A DNA stretch of 64,000 bases. It comes from a virus. Shown piece after piece: positions 31,228 to 41,579 of the stretch. Within the stretch, counting starts at the first letter, position 1. Each line of letters opens with the position of its first letter. Under the pieces are notes generated by a model. The model worked only from the letters and a program-made list of their open reading frames with translations. It had not been told where the DNA came from and did not search any database. The translations under genes were made by a program, and so were the position numbers. The stretch covers positions 32,001 to 96,000 of the IMG/VR virus record IMGVR_UViG_3300046787_000129; one strand, 5' to 3'.

Positions 31228-32616
31228 ATGATTACTAATACTGGCAAGAACATTCTTGCAAAATACTTAATTGGGCAGGCCCCATCATATGCCTCACACA
31301 TTGCTATTGGGTGTGGAGCAAAGCCTTTAGCATCCGACTATGTCTTTTCTAGTCCAGAGCTTACAGCATACTCAAACAAAAAGACCCTAGACTTTGAGAT
31401 GTTTAGAGCACCAATTGTATCTCGTGGATACGTTAACGAAAACGGTACCCCTAAGATTGTTCTCACAGCAGAACTACCAACAACAGAGAGATATGAGATA
31501 ACCGAGGTAGGGGTTTACTCATCTGGATCTAATCCATCTGCAGGAACAGCAGACAGCAAGGCAATCTACGTATTCTCTGAGAACGAGAACTGGGAGTACC
31601 ACGCAAGCTCATCACCAACAGCTATTCCAGTTATTGCAGAGCCCCTAGCAACAGTTGATGCACCTAGAATTATTGACCAGACTTCCCCAGTTTTTATTAC
31701 AAACTCTGATAACAAGACCCTGATGGACGAGACTAGAATACTTAGATATGAATCTCCTAGATACTTTAACAGAGGAATCTTTATTTCGGGGGACAATTCA
31801 TCTCTTCAGAACGCAACAGCCACAATTACTGGAGTTGTTGGAAACGGAACCACTGTCACATACACTACATCTACAAACCATGGAATTAGAGTTGGAGAAG
31901 CGGTAACCATATCTGGAGTAGACCCGTCAGCATATAACTATTCAGGTGCGACCCAAACAGTTACTGCCGTAACTCCAAAGACCTTCTCTCTAGCTAAGAC
32001 AACAACCACAAGCTATGTTTCTGGCGGTACCGTAACTACTCAAAGACTTGCAATACCTACAGGAGCAAACCACATTCACTTAGTAAACTCTAAGCTAAGT
32101 CTTTCAAGCAACCTTCCAAAGGATCAGCTAAAACTTGCATTTGCTGTTGTGAATAAAGATGCGTCTGATAGTGCAATTCCAGCAAAGGTCAGACTGGTAG
32201 TGGAGTTTGGACCAACAGATGACTCATCGTCCAGCACTGACTGGGCTAGATTTGAAGTTGACATAGCACACTCACTGACCCCGACAGGACCATATCAGCA
32301 AGACTTGTCTACCAATAGGTACGTCGTGGTAACGAAAGAGCTACAGGAGCTTTACCAGGGAGACACCTTTACCTGGAACAATGTTAGCGTGGCCAAGATC
32401 TATGCATCTGTGCTAGATTCGAACGATGAACCTACTGGAGACTTCTATGTAGCACTAGATGCAATAAGACTAGAGAACCTTACATCCGCTAACCCTCTAT
32501 ATGGGCTTACAGGATACACGGTAGTAAAGAACGTTCAGTCTAAGACAGTGGTAAAACTATCAAACACTACCAACCTAGTAGAGTTTAGGTTTGCTCTTGG
32601 CGTAGAGGTGGCCTAA
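31228..32616 (+). CDS. Tail/baseplate structural protein
   Basis: MITNTGKNILAKYL...IAIGCG and ITEVGVY fibre-base motif; TGGTACAAT promoter and SD AGGAG upstream. Confidence 0.7.
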   Translation: MITNTGKNILAKYLIGQAPSYASHIAIGCGAKPLASDYVFSSPELTAYSNKKTLDFEMFRAPIVSRGYVNENGTPKIVLTAELPTTERYEITEVGVYSSGSNPSAGTADSKAIYVFSENENWEYHASSSPTAIPVIAEPLATVDAPRIIDQTSPVFITNSDNKTLMDETRILRYESPRYFNRGIFISGDNSSLQNATATITGVVGNGTTVTYTTSTNHGIRVGEAVTISGVDPSAYNYSGATQTVTAVTPKTFSLAKTTTTSYVSGGTVTTQRLAIPTGANHIHLVNSKLSLSSNLPKDQLKLAFAVVNKDASDSAIPAKVRLVVEFGPTDDSSSSTDWARFEVDIAHSLTPTGPYQQDLSTNRYVVVTKELQELYQGDTFTWNNVSVAKIYASVLDSNDEPTGDFYVALDAIRLENLTSANPLYGLTGYTVVKNVQSKTVVKLSNTTNLVEFRFALGVEVA

Positions 32617-33278
32617 TGGCCAGCAAGAAGGTAACTATTCCAATAAAGGACTTGCCTGCACCAACTGCAGACAATACTTATTTAGTTAGATATAGAATCA
32701 TTTCGGATGACCGTAATAGAATTTCTCAGTGGTCTCCGATATATACTATTCCAGTTCCTTATATAACAAAAGCTATATCTGGAATAACTGGAAGCGGAAC
32801 TAAGGTTACTTTTACAACCGTTACGCCACATGGATTTGTTGTGGGGGATATAGTAAGCATCTCTGGAACAGACCCTGTAGAATATTCTTATACATCAGTA
32901 GCTATAACAGAAGTTGGTTCTACAACACAGTTCTCAGTTGCAAAAACAGATACTACTACATGGGTTAGTGGAGGAAGAGTTAATGCAGGAAAGCAAATAC
33001 TCAAGAGCGTTGTCGTAGCATCTAATACAGCAACAGTTACCTGGTCACTACCAGACACAATAACCAATACATCGTTTGATGTCTACGCAAAAACCCAGAC
33101 TGGAGATCCAGCAGTATGGGGATCGTTCGTGCACAAGGCCACGGTAAGCTCAAACTCATTCTCCATGATCGCAGATGACGAGGACCTGAAGGTTCAGTTC
33201 TTGGTCCAGGCAGTAACAGATACCAAGGTAGAGTCTCCAGGGGCAGTAATATTCTATTCGGCAGAATACGCTATCTAG
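32616..33278 (+). CDS. Minor tail protein (FN3-like with inserted module)
   Basis: YLVRYRIIS...ISQWSP and ATVTWS motifs. Confidence 0.6.
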   Translation: MASKKVTIPIKDLPAPTADNTYLVRYRIISDDRNRISQWSPIYTIPVPYITKAISGITGSGTKVTFTTVTPHGFVVGDIVSISGTDPVEYSYTSVAITEVGSTTQFSVAKTDTTTWVSGGRVNAGKQILKSVVVASNTATVTWSLPDTITNTSFDVYAKTQTGDPAVWGSFVHKATVSSNSFSMIADDEDLKVQFLVQAVTDTKVESPGAVIFYSAEYAI

Positions 33279-33293
33279 TGCTATAATAGACTT

Positions 33294-33737
33294 ATGTCAA
33301 AAATACCTACACCAGATAGAGGACAGCCTCTAGACGTATCCTATATCTATCAGCTAGCAGAAGCTATCAACGAAGTTGCTGCAACTACAAGTTCGGCAAC
33401 ATATAAGTATGCAGCCATCGATACCTCTAACGGTGTTCAAAACTCTTTGATCACAGAGACAAAGCTTGTTGCTGGAGAAAAGGTTATCTATCAGACAGTG
33501 ACCACAGTAACCGCAGACACTACTGTTCCATTCTCATATCAGTTTAAGGGCGAGTTCAAGTACGCTCCGATTGTTACTGCAACTCCAGTTTTGCTAGAGG
33601 GCAGCGGTAGTGGACAGAACGTTACTGTAACCCTGCAGAGCGTCACCACATCTAGAGTAGACGGAACTGTTAGATTCAACACTGCTGGATCTGTTGCTGT
33701 AAAGGTAAACCTCATAGCAGTTGGCGTACCAGTATAA
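33294..33737 (+). CDS. Tail-associated protein with H-type-lectin-like C-terminus
   Basis: FKYAPIVTAT...VTTS...VNLIAVG; ATG 6 nt after TGCTATAAT. Confidence 0.55.
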   Translation: MSKIPTPDRGQPLDVSYIYQLAEAINEVAATTSSATYKYAAIDTSNGVQNSLITETKLVAGEKVIYQTVTTVTADTTVPFSYQFKGEFKYAPIVTATPVLLEGSGSGQNVTVTLQSVTTSRVDGTVRFNTAGSVAVKVNLIAVGVPV

Positions 33738-33749
33738 TAGGAGACTGCA

Positions 33750-34298
33750 ATGTCTGCAAAAAATGCCAGAAAGTCTATGGGCGGCGAAGGCTATAACACA
33801 TCTGATGTTATTCCTGGAAATAAAAAGGTTTGGTTTTTAAACGGGGACCTAGTAAGAATTCATCATCTAAATAAGTCTAACGGTATAATGTCCGTATATA
33901 ACATTATCCAAGATAGAATCGAAAGCTGTCTGATTGCTGATTTTAAAAAGAATCGTGAGAGAGCCTACACCGTAGGACAGACTGCAGAGCTAGTAAATAG
34001 ACACAAGAAGTACATGCCATCGCTGATGAAGCGTGGAGTTATTCCCTTTCCAACAGGCTCTCAAAAAGGTGGAGCAACTGGATGGCAGGTAAGATCTTAT
34101 TATTCAGAGTCGCAAGTTCGAGAGATTCGTGATATACTAGCTTCCTACCACATGGGAAGACCTCGTAAAGACAAGCTCATCACAAACAGTATAACTCCTT
34201 CATCACAAGAGTTGACAAGGAAGATGGGAGATGGTATGCTTACATATACGAGAACAGAAGACGGTAGATTCATTCCAATCTGGTCTGAATCAATTTAA
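33750..34298 (+). CDS. MerR-like HTH DNA-binding protein
   Basis: YTVGQTAELVNRH...RGVIP...RSYYSESQV. Confidence 0.65.
   Translation: MSAKNARKSMGGEGYNTSDVIPGNKKVWFLNGDLVRIHHLNKSNGIMSVYNIIQDRIESCLIADFKKNRERAYTVGQTAELVNRHKKYMPSLMKRGVIPFPTGSQKGGATGWQVRSYYSESQVREIRDILASYHMGRPRKDKLITNSITPSSQELTRKMGDGMLTYTRTEDGRFIPIWSESI
34212..34240 (+). promoter_or_regulatory. Sigma70/SigA-type promoter for the replication operon, inside the upstream CDS
   Basis: TTGACA-17-TATGCT with extended TG. Confidence 0.6.
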
Positions 34299-34311
34299 CA
34301 AAGGTATGGGT

Positions 34312-34503
34312 ATGGAACAAACTAAGATTAATGTAATGCTCGGTTATACACTTAACATGGGCAACTTCCAATCGCTACGCATTGACGTAGGAATTGAAGA
34401 CCACAAGCGTGAGGGTGAGAACACCAACGAAGCGTTTGAGCGAGTATACTCGTTTGTAGAGCAGAAGCTCACAGAGAAGATTAACGAGAACCAGGAAAAG
34501 TAA
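34312..34503 (+). CDS. Small conserved phage protein
   Basis: YTLNMGNFQSLRID motif; coupled to the next gene. Confidence 0.65.
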   Translation: MEQTKINVMLGYTLNMGNFQSLRIDVGIEDHKREGENTNEAFERVYSFVEQKLTEKINENQEK

Positions 34504-34811
34504 TGGCTGAACGCAAAGACCGCATGGCTTTGCTCAGTCGCTATAGCAAACTACATACTATTCGGTATGAGGAAAAGCCACTTTTAAATTTAAACGTAGA
34601 GCAGTGGGCAGCAGATGCCCTTATTGAATCCTACGGTATGCCATACTGCTACGATCTACTAGAATACTATTTCGAGGCAGCACAAACCCCAGCATGGAAA
34701 TACTTTGCCAACTATGCTGATAAGATTATCGACGGCAGAGCAGATTATAAACGAGATTTAGAGGAGAGAGCAGAGCGTCGTAGGATGGCTCAGCAGTGGT
34801 TAAATGAATAA
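34503..34811 (+). CDS. Hypothetical protein, possible helicase loader
   Basis: Overlaps the DnaB start; function inferred from position only. Confidence 0.5.
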   Translation: MAERKDRMALLSRYSKLHTIRYEEKPLLNLNVEQWAADALIESYGMPYCYDLLEYYFEAAQTPAWKYFANYADKIIDGRADYKRDLEERAERRRMAQQWLNE

Positions 34812-36024
34812 TACAGAGTCAAAACTAATTTCAGCGGTACTTCAGGACAAGCAGATTCACGTATTGCTTCAGGCAAACGTGGAGACGCTTCTGCGTACCC
34901 ACAATGACATCTGGACATTCATTCGCAACTACTCAGAAAACAATGGTTCTACTCCACCAGTAAACCTTGTAGTGGATAAGTTCCGTGACTTCCAGCCAGT
35001 AGAGGGTGTTGGGGCAACCAAGCACCACCTAGAAGAACTCCAGGTGGAGTACATGAACGATAGCTTGAAGGACATCATTCGTGTCGCTGCATCTGAGGTT
35101 CAGGCTGGTGAGGGTGTAAAGGCCCTTGAGGACCTTATCCAAAAGACCTCTGCACTCAAGAAGAACACCTCCACCATTCGTGACATTGATGCCACAGACC
35201 TAGAAGATGCAGTCGCATACTATGAGAACGTGCAGCGTCAGAAAGAGCTTGGCTCACTAGGTATCAAGACTGGCCTTGGTGGATTTGACAACTATCTCCC
35301 TGCTGGAATCATGCCAGGACAGCTAGGCGTATTCCTAGCCTATCCAGGTATCGGTAAGTCGTGGATGGCCCTATACTTTGCGGTACAGGCATGGAAGCAG
35401 GGTAAGTCACCACTAGTAATCTCTCTAGAAATGAGTGAGACAGAAGTCCGTAACCGTGTATTTACTATTATGGGTGAAGGCCTGTGGTCACACCGTAAGC
35501 TTAGCGATGGCCAGATTGATATCGACGACCTAAAGCGTTGGCACAAGAAGGACCTAGCTGGCAAGCCAGAGTTCCATATCATCTCAAATGACTCTGGTGG
35601 AGAAGTTACTCCATCTGTTATTCGTGGCAAGATTGACCAGTACAAGCCAGACCTAATCATCGTAGACTACCTACAGCTGATGAGTCCTAACCAGAAGTCA
35701 GAGAACGAGACTGTTCGTATGAAGAACCTTTCTCGTGAGCTAAAGCTTTTGGCTATCGGTGAAGAAATGCCTATCATTGCAATCTCCTCAGCGACCCCAG
35801 ACGACGTTAACAAATTGGACACTGTTCCTACCCTAGGTCAGACTGCATGGTCCCGTCAGATCGCTTATGACGCTGACTGGGTGCTAGCCTTGGGTCGTGC
35901 TACCAACAGCGATGTTATCGAGTGCGTGTTCCGAAAGAACCGTAACGGATTCATGGGTGAGTTCATGGTTCAGGCAGACTTCGATAAGGGCTGGTACAAG
36001 TACAAGGACTTTGAGGACAAGTAA
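34804..36024 (+). CDS. dnaB: DnaB-like replicative helicase
   Basis: AYPGIGKS, ISLEM, IIVDYLQLM, LSRELK, IAYDAD, KNRNG. Confidence 0.93.
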   Translation: MNNTESKLISAVLQDKQIHVLLQANVETLLRTHNDIWTFIRNYSENNGSTPPVNLVVDKFRDFQPVEGVGATKHHLEELQVEYMNDSLKDIIRVAASEVQAGEGVKALEDLIQKTSALKKNTSTIRDIDATDLEDAVAYYENVQRQKELGSLGIKTGLGGFDNYLPAGIMPGQLGVFLAYPGIGKSWMALYFAVQAWKQGKSPLVISLEMSETEVRNRVFTIMGEGLWSHRKLSDGQIDIDDLKRWHKKDLAGKPEFHIISNDSGGEVTPSVIRGKIDQYKPDLIIVDYLQLMSPNQKSENETVRMKNLSRELKLLAIGEEMPIIAISSATPDDVNKLDTVPTLGQTAWSRQIAYDADWVLALGRATNSDVIECVFRKNRNGFMGEFMVQADFDKGWYKYKDFEDK

Positions 36025-36956
36025 TGAAGAAGTATCCTAAGACTACCTACACTCCAGAGCAGATTAAGCGTATCCTTGTTGGCTCTGGTGTAACGATTGA
36101 GTCAGAGATTGACTCAGACTACATCATCTTTTGTCCATACCACAATAATCACCGCTCACCTGCTGGAGAAGTAGATAAGTTTAATGGAACATTCTTCTGC
36201 TTTTCTTGTCAGAAGGTAGCAGACCTGACTGAATTTGTTATGCACATGTCTGCAAGAACTTACTTCGAGGCTGTTCGTTTTATTAAGAGCAAAGAGCAAG
36301 AAGGCAACTTTGACCAGGATATTGCTAAGCAGCTAGTTGAAAAGCCAGCATATGTTCAGTATGACCAGCTACTGATCAAGAGATTAAACCAGCAGGCATT
36401 AGAATCAGCCAGAGCAATGAGATATTATTCTGGCAGACTTATTACAGAGGCATCTGTAAAGAAGTTCCAGCTAGGCTTCTCTGAAAAGCAGGACATGGTA
36501 ACTATCCCAGTACACTCTCCAGATGGAATGGAGATTGGGTTTGTGGGTAGATCTATCGAGGGTAAAGAATTTAAGAACACTCCAGGCTTGCCAAAGAGCA
36601 AGACCCTGTTCAATCTAAACCGTGTTAAAACATCAAGTAGGGTTTATGTGGTAGAATCGTCTTTCGATGCTATTCGCTTAGACCAGTGTGGTTTTCCAGC
36701 GGTAGCAACGTTGGGTGCTAACGTATCCAACTTTCAAACAGACCTACTACAAAAATACTTCAATAACATTATTGTTATTGCAGACAATGATGAAGCAGGC
36801 GGTAACATGAAGGACAAGATTCTAGAACGTCTTGGCTCACGTGTTAGCGTAGTAAAACTAGATAAGCAGTACAAGGACATCGGAGACATGTCTGACGAAG
36901 CAATAAAAAACATTGACGAGTCGTTTGACAAATCAATTGCTTCTATGCTAAACTAA
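36024..36956 (+). CDS. DNA primase (Zn finger plus TOPRIM)
   Basis: CPYH...CFSC, GFVGRS, VVESSFDA, ADNDEAG, KDIGD. Confidence 0.92.
   Translation: MKKYPKTTYTPEQIKRILVGSGVTIESEIDSDYIIFCPYHNNHRSPAGEVDKFNGTFFCFSCQKVADLTEFVMHMSARTYFEAVRFIKSKEQEGNFDQDIAKQLVEKPAYVQYDQLLIKRLNQQALESARAMRYYSGRLITEASVKKFQLGFSEKQDMVTIPVHSPDGMEIGFVGRSIEGKEFKNTPGLPKSKTLFNLNRVKTSSRVYVVESSFDAIRLDQCGFPAVATLGANVSNFQTDLLQKYFNNIIVIADNDEAGGNMKDKILERLGSRVSVVKLDKQYKDIGDMSDEAIKNIDESFDKSIASMLN
36925..36954 (+). promoter_or_regulatory. Sigma70-type promoter for ssb
   Basis: TTGACA-18-TAAACT with extended TG. Confidence 0.6.
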
Positions 36957-36984
36957 TAAACCAAAGAAAATATAAGGAGAAAAC

Positions 36985-37641
36985 ATGAGTATCATTCGAG
37001 GGCTAAAAGATATCAGTGCACTAATGGATAAGCCAAAGTACGAAAACACAGGAGCAAAGGTTCGCTGGGTAAAGCTAGACGACGGCCAGTCGGTAAAGAT
37101 TCGCTTCGTAGAGGAGCTAGACGCAGACTCAGCAAGCTATGCAGAAGACCGTGGTCTGTCTGTAGTTATTTCAGAGCACACCAATCCAAAGGATTACAAG
37201 CGTAAGGCAGCATGTACCATCGACTCAGAGGGTCGCTGCTTCGGTTGTGACATGGCTCGCAAGGAGCCTAAGTCAGGCTGGCGTTCACGTCTACGCTTCT
37301 ACTGCAACGTAGTAGTAGACGACGGCCGTGAAGACCCATATGTAGCCGTATGGTCACAGGGTATTTCAAAGCAGTCTGCATTCAACAACATCCGTGAGTA
37401 TGCTCTAGACACTGGCTCAATCTCTAACCTAGAGTGGAAGCTAAAGCGTAATGGACAGGGAACTGAGACCAACTACACCTTGCTACCAAGCAAGCCAGAC
37501 TCAGAGCCATTTGCATGGAACGGTATTGAAGCATTCAACCTTGAGAAGGTTGTCCGTGATGTTCCTTATGCAGAGCAGGAAGCCTTCTACCTAGGCTTTG
37601 ATGGCGGATCATCAATTACCTCAAGTAACACTGACTGGTAA
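36985..37641 (+). CDS. Single-stranded DNA-binding protein (gp32-like)
   Basis: KLDDGQSVKIRF, H/C..C..C ligands, KRNGQGTETNY, C-terminal DW. Confidence 0.8.
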   Translation: MSIIRGLKDISALMDKPKYENTGAKVRWVKLDDGQSVKIRFVEELDADSASYAEDRGLSVVISEHTNPKDYKRKAACTIDSEGRCFGCDMARKEPKSGWRSRLRFYCNVVVDDGREDPYVAVWSQGISKQSAFNNIREYALDTGSISNLEWKLKRNGQGTETNYTLLPSKPDSEPFAWNGIEAFNLEKVVRDVPYAEQEAFYLGFDGGSSITSSNTDW

Positions 37642-37653
37642 TAACTAATGTGG

Positions 37654-37688
37654 GTGGGGATGGCTTATGGCTGTCCCCACTTTCATTT
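37654..37688 (+). terminator. Intrinsic terminator
   Basis: GTGGGGATGGC-ttatg-GCTGTCCCCAC followed by TTTCATTT. Confidence 0.8.
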
Positions 37689-37693
37689 ACCTA

Positions 37694-37722
37694 TTGACAA
37701 CCATGACTTTTCATGTCATACT
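37694..37722 (+). promoter_or_regulatory. Sigma70-type promoter for dnaE with dyad spacer
   Basis: TTGACA-17-CATACT; spacer contains CATGA-cttt-TCATG. Confidence 0.65.
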
Positions 37723-37751
37723 TAAACTTCAAATAAACAAGAAGGATTTCA

Positions 37752-40700
37752 ATGAATTACGCAGGACTCCACGTACACACCCACTATAGTTTGTTCGATG
37801 GAATTGCCACTCCACAGGAATATGTGGACCGAGCAGTAGCACTAAAGATGCCAGCTATTGCAATCACCGATCACGGTTCGCTATCTGGCCACCGTGAAAT
37901 GTACCGTGCTGCCAAGGAAGCAGGCATCAAGCCTATCCTGGGTATCGAGGGGTACATCACCAAGGACCGCTTCGACCACGAAGACAAGAAGGCCAAGAAC
38001 GACCCACTTGACCTTAACTACAACCACCTTATTATTCTGGCTAAGAACCAGCAGGGTCTAGAGAACCTTAATAAGCTAAACGAAATTGGCTGGACTGAGG
38101 GATACTACAAGAAGCCACGTATTGATTGGGAGATTCTTGCAAAGTACAAGGATGGCCTAATTGTAACCTCTGGATGTCTATCAGGCTTTCTAGCTAAGGC
38201 TATCGAGGCAGAGAACCTTGCTGTTGCCAAGGAGCATATCGCTTGGGCAAAGAAGACGTTTGGCGAAGACTACTATGTTGAGGTAATGCCTCACAACGGT
38301 GCAGAGGTTAATAAGATACTTATTGATCTTGCAGATGAGTTCGGTATTAAGATTATCACTACTCCAGACTGCCACCACTCTGGTCCAGAGCAGAAGGAGA
38401 TTCAGGAGTTCAAGCTTCTCCTAAACAGCCACGGTAACAAGGTTCAGAAGGAATCTACCTACGCTGAGTCTGCAGAGTACACAGACATGATGGAACGCCT
38501 AGACTATCTATACGGTGAAGAGCGTCCTATGTCATTCAACAAGTTCGACATTCACCTGCTCTCATACGAGGAGATGAAGTCTGCTATGGAGGCACAGGGC
38601 ATTGATCGTCCAGACATCTACTCAAACACCCTTGAGATTGTAGACCGCATTGAAGACTATGACATCAAGGACCACCAGGACCTACTGCCTGTACAGTACA
38701 AGGATCCAGATGGAGAGCTTCTAGAGCTTGCTGTAGCAGGACTCAAAGAGCGTGGAGTGTACAACGATGAATACATGGCACGTCTAGAAGAGGAACTTCA
38801 GGTAATCAAGGACAAGAACTTTGGCCCTTACTTCCTAGTCGTACGATCTATGATCGCATGGGCTAAGAAAGAAGACATCATGGTAGGGCCAGGACGTGGT
38901 TCTGCTGCAGGCTCACTACTCTGCTATGCCCTAGGCATTACAGACATCGACCCTATTGTTCACGGACTACTGTTCTTCCGTTTCATCAACCCTGAGCGTA
39001 ATGACTTCCCAGATATCGATACAGATATCCAGGACTCACGACGTGAAGAAGTAAAGGATTACCTTGTACGCCAATACCGTCATGTTGCTTCTATTGCTAC
39101 CTTTCTTTCCTTCAAGGACAAGGGCGTTGTACGTGACGTTGCTCGTGTACTTAACATTCCTCTACCAGATGTAAATAAGGTACTTAAGCTTGTAGATACT
39201 TGGGACGAGTACTGCCTATCAAAGTCAACCGAATGGTTCCGTGAAAAGTACCCAGAGGTAGAGATTTATGGTGAGCAGCTACGTGGTCGCATCCGTGGTA
39301 CTGGTATTCACGCTGCAGGTGTTGTTACTGCTAAGGAGCCTATCTTCCGCTTTGCACCAATGGAGACCCGTTCTGCAACGGGATCTAAGGAACGTATTCC
39401 AGTAGTGGCAGTAGATATGACAGAAGCAGAACGTATTGGTCTTATTAAGATTGACGCACTGGGTCTAAAGACCCTGTCAGTATTGCAAGACACCATGAAG
39501 ATTATCGAACAGCGTGATGGCAAGAAGATTGAGCTTCTTAAGCTTAATATGGAAGATGCTAACGTCTACAAGATGCTATCTGACGGTTATACCAAGGGCG
39601 TATTCCAGTGTGAAGCTACTCCTTACACCAACTTGCTAGTCAAGATGGGTGTTAAGAACTTTGCTGAACTTGCTGCATCTAACGCTCTCGTGCGTCCAGG
39701 TGCTGCTAACACCATCGGTAAGGACTACATCGCACGTAAGCACGGTAAGCAGAACATCGCATACCACCACCAGGTGATGAAGGCCTTTACCGCAGAGACC
39801 TATGGATGCATCTTGTACCAGGAGCAGGTCATGCAGGCTTGTACCGAACTTGGTGGAATGTCTATGGCAGAAGCTGATAAAGTTCGTAAGATTATTGGTA
39901 AGAAGAAGGACGCTCGTGAATTTGACGCATACCGTGATCAGTTCGTTAAGGGAGCATCTAGATTCCTATCTCCAAACGTCGCAGAAGAGCTGTGGACGGA
40001 CTTTGAGGCCCACGCTGGGTACTCTTTTAACAAGTCTCACGCAGTGGCTTATTCGACCTTGTCGTACTGGACAGCATGGTTGAAGTATTACTATCCAATC
40101 GAGTTCATGTACTCGCTACTTAAGAACGAGAAGGACAAGGATGCTCGCACAGAGTACTTGATTGAGGCAAAGCGTATGGGTATCTCCATTAAGCTTCCAC
40201 ACATCAATGACTCAGACGCTGACTTCAAGATTGAGGGCAAGGGTATTCGCTTTGGACTAACTGCAATCAAGTACATCTCTGACAACATTGCCAGCAAGTA
40301 CATGGAACAGCGTCCATTCAACTCCTACAAGGAGCTAGAAGAGTTCACCTTTACCAAGGGTAGCGGAGTCAATAGTCGTGCACTACAGGCATTACGAGTA
40401 GTCGGAGCAGCAACGTTCCCAGATAATCCTCGTAATGATGATGAGATTAAAGAGAATCTATATGAGTATCTAAATCTACCAGAGTTCAACCTATCGGTTC
40501 CATCGCACTTCCACGCCTTTATCAACGAGGTAGAAGAGTTTGAGGAAAAGGGCTCATTTATCCTTATGGGAATGATTAAGGGTATTAAGCGTGGTAACGG
40601 TTGGTCTCGTGTAGAGTTGCTAGATAAGACTGGTAGTGTTGGTATCTTCGATGAAGAGCAGACCAAGATTGAGGCAGGTAAGACTTACATCCTACTTGCT

Positions 40701-41027
40701 AGCGATAACCGTATTGTTTCAGCAGTTCCTGTAGACGAGATTAAGACCTCGGATGCAGCGTTCCTAAAGTTCCTAAACTATCGTCAGCTACCTTACAAGG
40801 AAGACGAGAAGTTCGTGGTATCGTTTAGACCACGAGTGACCAAGGCTGGAAAGAAGATGGCATCACTTGTGGTGGCAGACACCGACCGAGACTTGCACTC
40901 AGTTACAGTATTTCCTACGTCTTTTGCCAAGGCGTATATGAAAATTGAAGAGGGTACAGCGTATAACTTTACCTTTGGACAGACAAAAGATGGCACAGTG
41001 ATTATGGAGGATGTAGAAAGTGTTTGA
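37752..41027 (+). CDS. dnaE: DNA polymerase III alpha subunit (family C)
   Basis: LHVHTHYS, AITDHG, GPGRGSAAGS, PDIDTD, HAAGVV, GVFQCE, YQEQVM, YSFNKSHA. Confidence 0.97.
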   Translation: MNYAGLHVHTHYSLFDGIATPQEYVDRAVALKMPAIAITDHGSLSGHREMYRAAKEAGIKPILGIEGYITKDRFDHEDKKAKNDPLDLNYNHLIILAKNQQGLENLNKLNEIGWTEGYYKKPRIDWEILAKYKDGLIVTSGCLSGFLAKAIEAENLAVAKEHIAWAKKTFGEDYYVEVMPHNGAEVNKILIDLADEFGIKIITTPDCHHSGPEQKEIQEFKLLLNSHGNKVQKESTYAESAEYTDMMERLDYLYGEERPMSFNKFDIHLLSYEEMKSAMEAQGIDRPDIYSNTLEIVDRIEDYDIKDHQDLLPVQYKDPDGELLELAVAGLKERGVYNDEYMARLEEELQVIKDKNFGPYFLVVRSMIAWAKKEDIMVGPGRGSAAGSLLCYALGITDIDPIVHGLLFFRFINPERNDFPDIDTDIQDSRREEVKDYLVRQYRHVASIATFLSFKDKGVVRDVARVLNIPLPDVNKVLKLVDTWDEYCLSKSTEWFREKYPEVEIYGEQLRGRIRGTGIHAAGVVTAKEPIFRFAPMETRSATGSKERIPVVAVDMTEAERIGLIKIDALGLKTLSVLQDTMKIIEQRDGKKIELLKLNMEDANVYKMLSDGYTKGVFQCEATPYTNLLVKMGVKNFAELAASNALVRPGAANTIGKDYIARKHGKQNIAYHHQVMKAFTAETYGCILYQEQVMQACTELGGMSMAEADKVRKIIGKKKDAREFDAYRDQFVKGASRFLSPNVAEELWTDFEAHAGYSFNKSHAVAYSTLSYWTAWLKYYYPIEFMYSLLKNEKDKDARTEYLIEAKRMGISIKLPHINDSDADFKIEGKGIRFGLTAIKYISDNIASKYMEQRPFNSYKELEEFTFTKGSGVNSRALQALRVVGAATFPDNPRNDDEIKENLYEYLNLPEFNLSVPSHFHAFINEVEEFEEKGSFILMGMIKGIKRGNGWSRVELLDKTGSVGIFDEEQTKIEAGKTYILLASDNRIVSAVPVDEIKTSDAAFLKFLNYRQLPYKEDEKFVVSFRPRVTKAGKKMASLVVADTDRDLHSVTVFPTSFAKAYMKIEEGTAYNFTFGQTKDGTVIMEDVESV

Positions 41028-41355
41028 TGAAGTATCAGATCACCTGCACGAAGTTGCAGTAGAAAAGGGTTTCTGGAATGTTCTGGAAGGAGCATCGCAG
41101 GAACAAAAGGATATCTTTATGACAAAGCAGTTGATGATGATTGTATCAGAGGCTGTAGAGGTTATGGAGGCTATCCGTAAGTCAAGAGGTCCAGCAGAGG
41201 TTGCCGATGAGATGGCAGACATTCTGATTCGTACCTTTGACCTATACGCTGGTCTGGTGGAGCATGAGTATACTCACGTATCGCTAGATGAGGCATTTGA
41301 AAAGAAGACTGCATTTAATAAGTCACGACCAGAGAAGCATGGAGTAAAGTTCTAA
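41020..41355 (+). CDS. MazG-like NTP pyrophosphohydrolase
   Basis: VSEAVEVMEA...DEMADILIR, KTAFNKSR..KHG. Confidence 0.85.
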   Translation: MFDEVSDHLHEVAVEKGFWNVLEGASQEQKDIFMTKQLMMIVSEAVEVMEAIRKSRGPAEVADEMADILIRTFDLYAGLVEHEYTHVSLDEAFEKKTAFNKSRPEKHGVKF

Positions 41356-41579
41356 TGGCAATTACCGTATATACAAAGCCAGCGTGTGTCCAGTGCGACG
41401 CAACAAAGCGTTTGCTTAATAAGCTAGAGTTAGATTATGACACTGTAGACATCACAGAGGATGCTGCAGCGTTGGAGATGATTCTGTCTAAGGGCTTCCA
41501 GGCAGCTCCAGTGGTTAATGCTGGTGACGACTGGTGGTCAGGGTTCAACCCAGAGAAGATTAATGGGTTGGTAGGCTAA
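41355..41579 (+). CDS. nrdH: Glutaredoxin-like NrdH
   Basis: ITVYTKPACVQC, QAAPVV, WSGFNPEKI. Confidence 0.93.
   Translation: MAITVYTKPACVQCDATKRLLNKLELDYDTVDITEDAAALEMILSKGFQAAPVVNAGDDWWSGFNPEKINGLVG

Noticed and set aside
28641-32985. Diversity-generating retroelement template/variable repeats
   Set aside because: Similarity is at protein level with changes at all bases, and no reverse transcriptase is in the window
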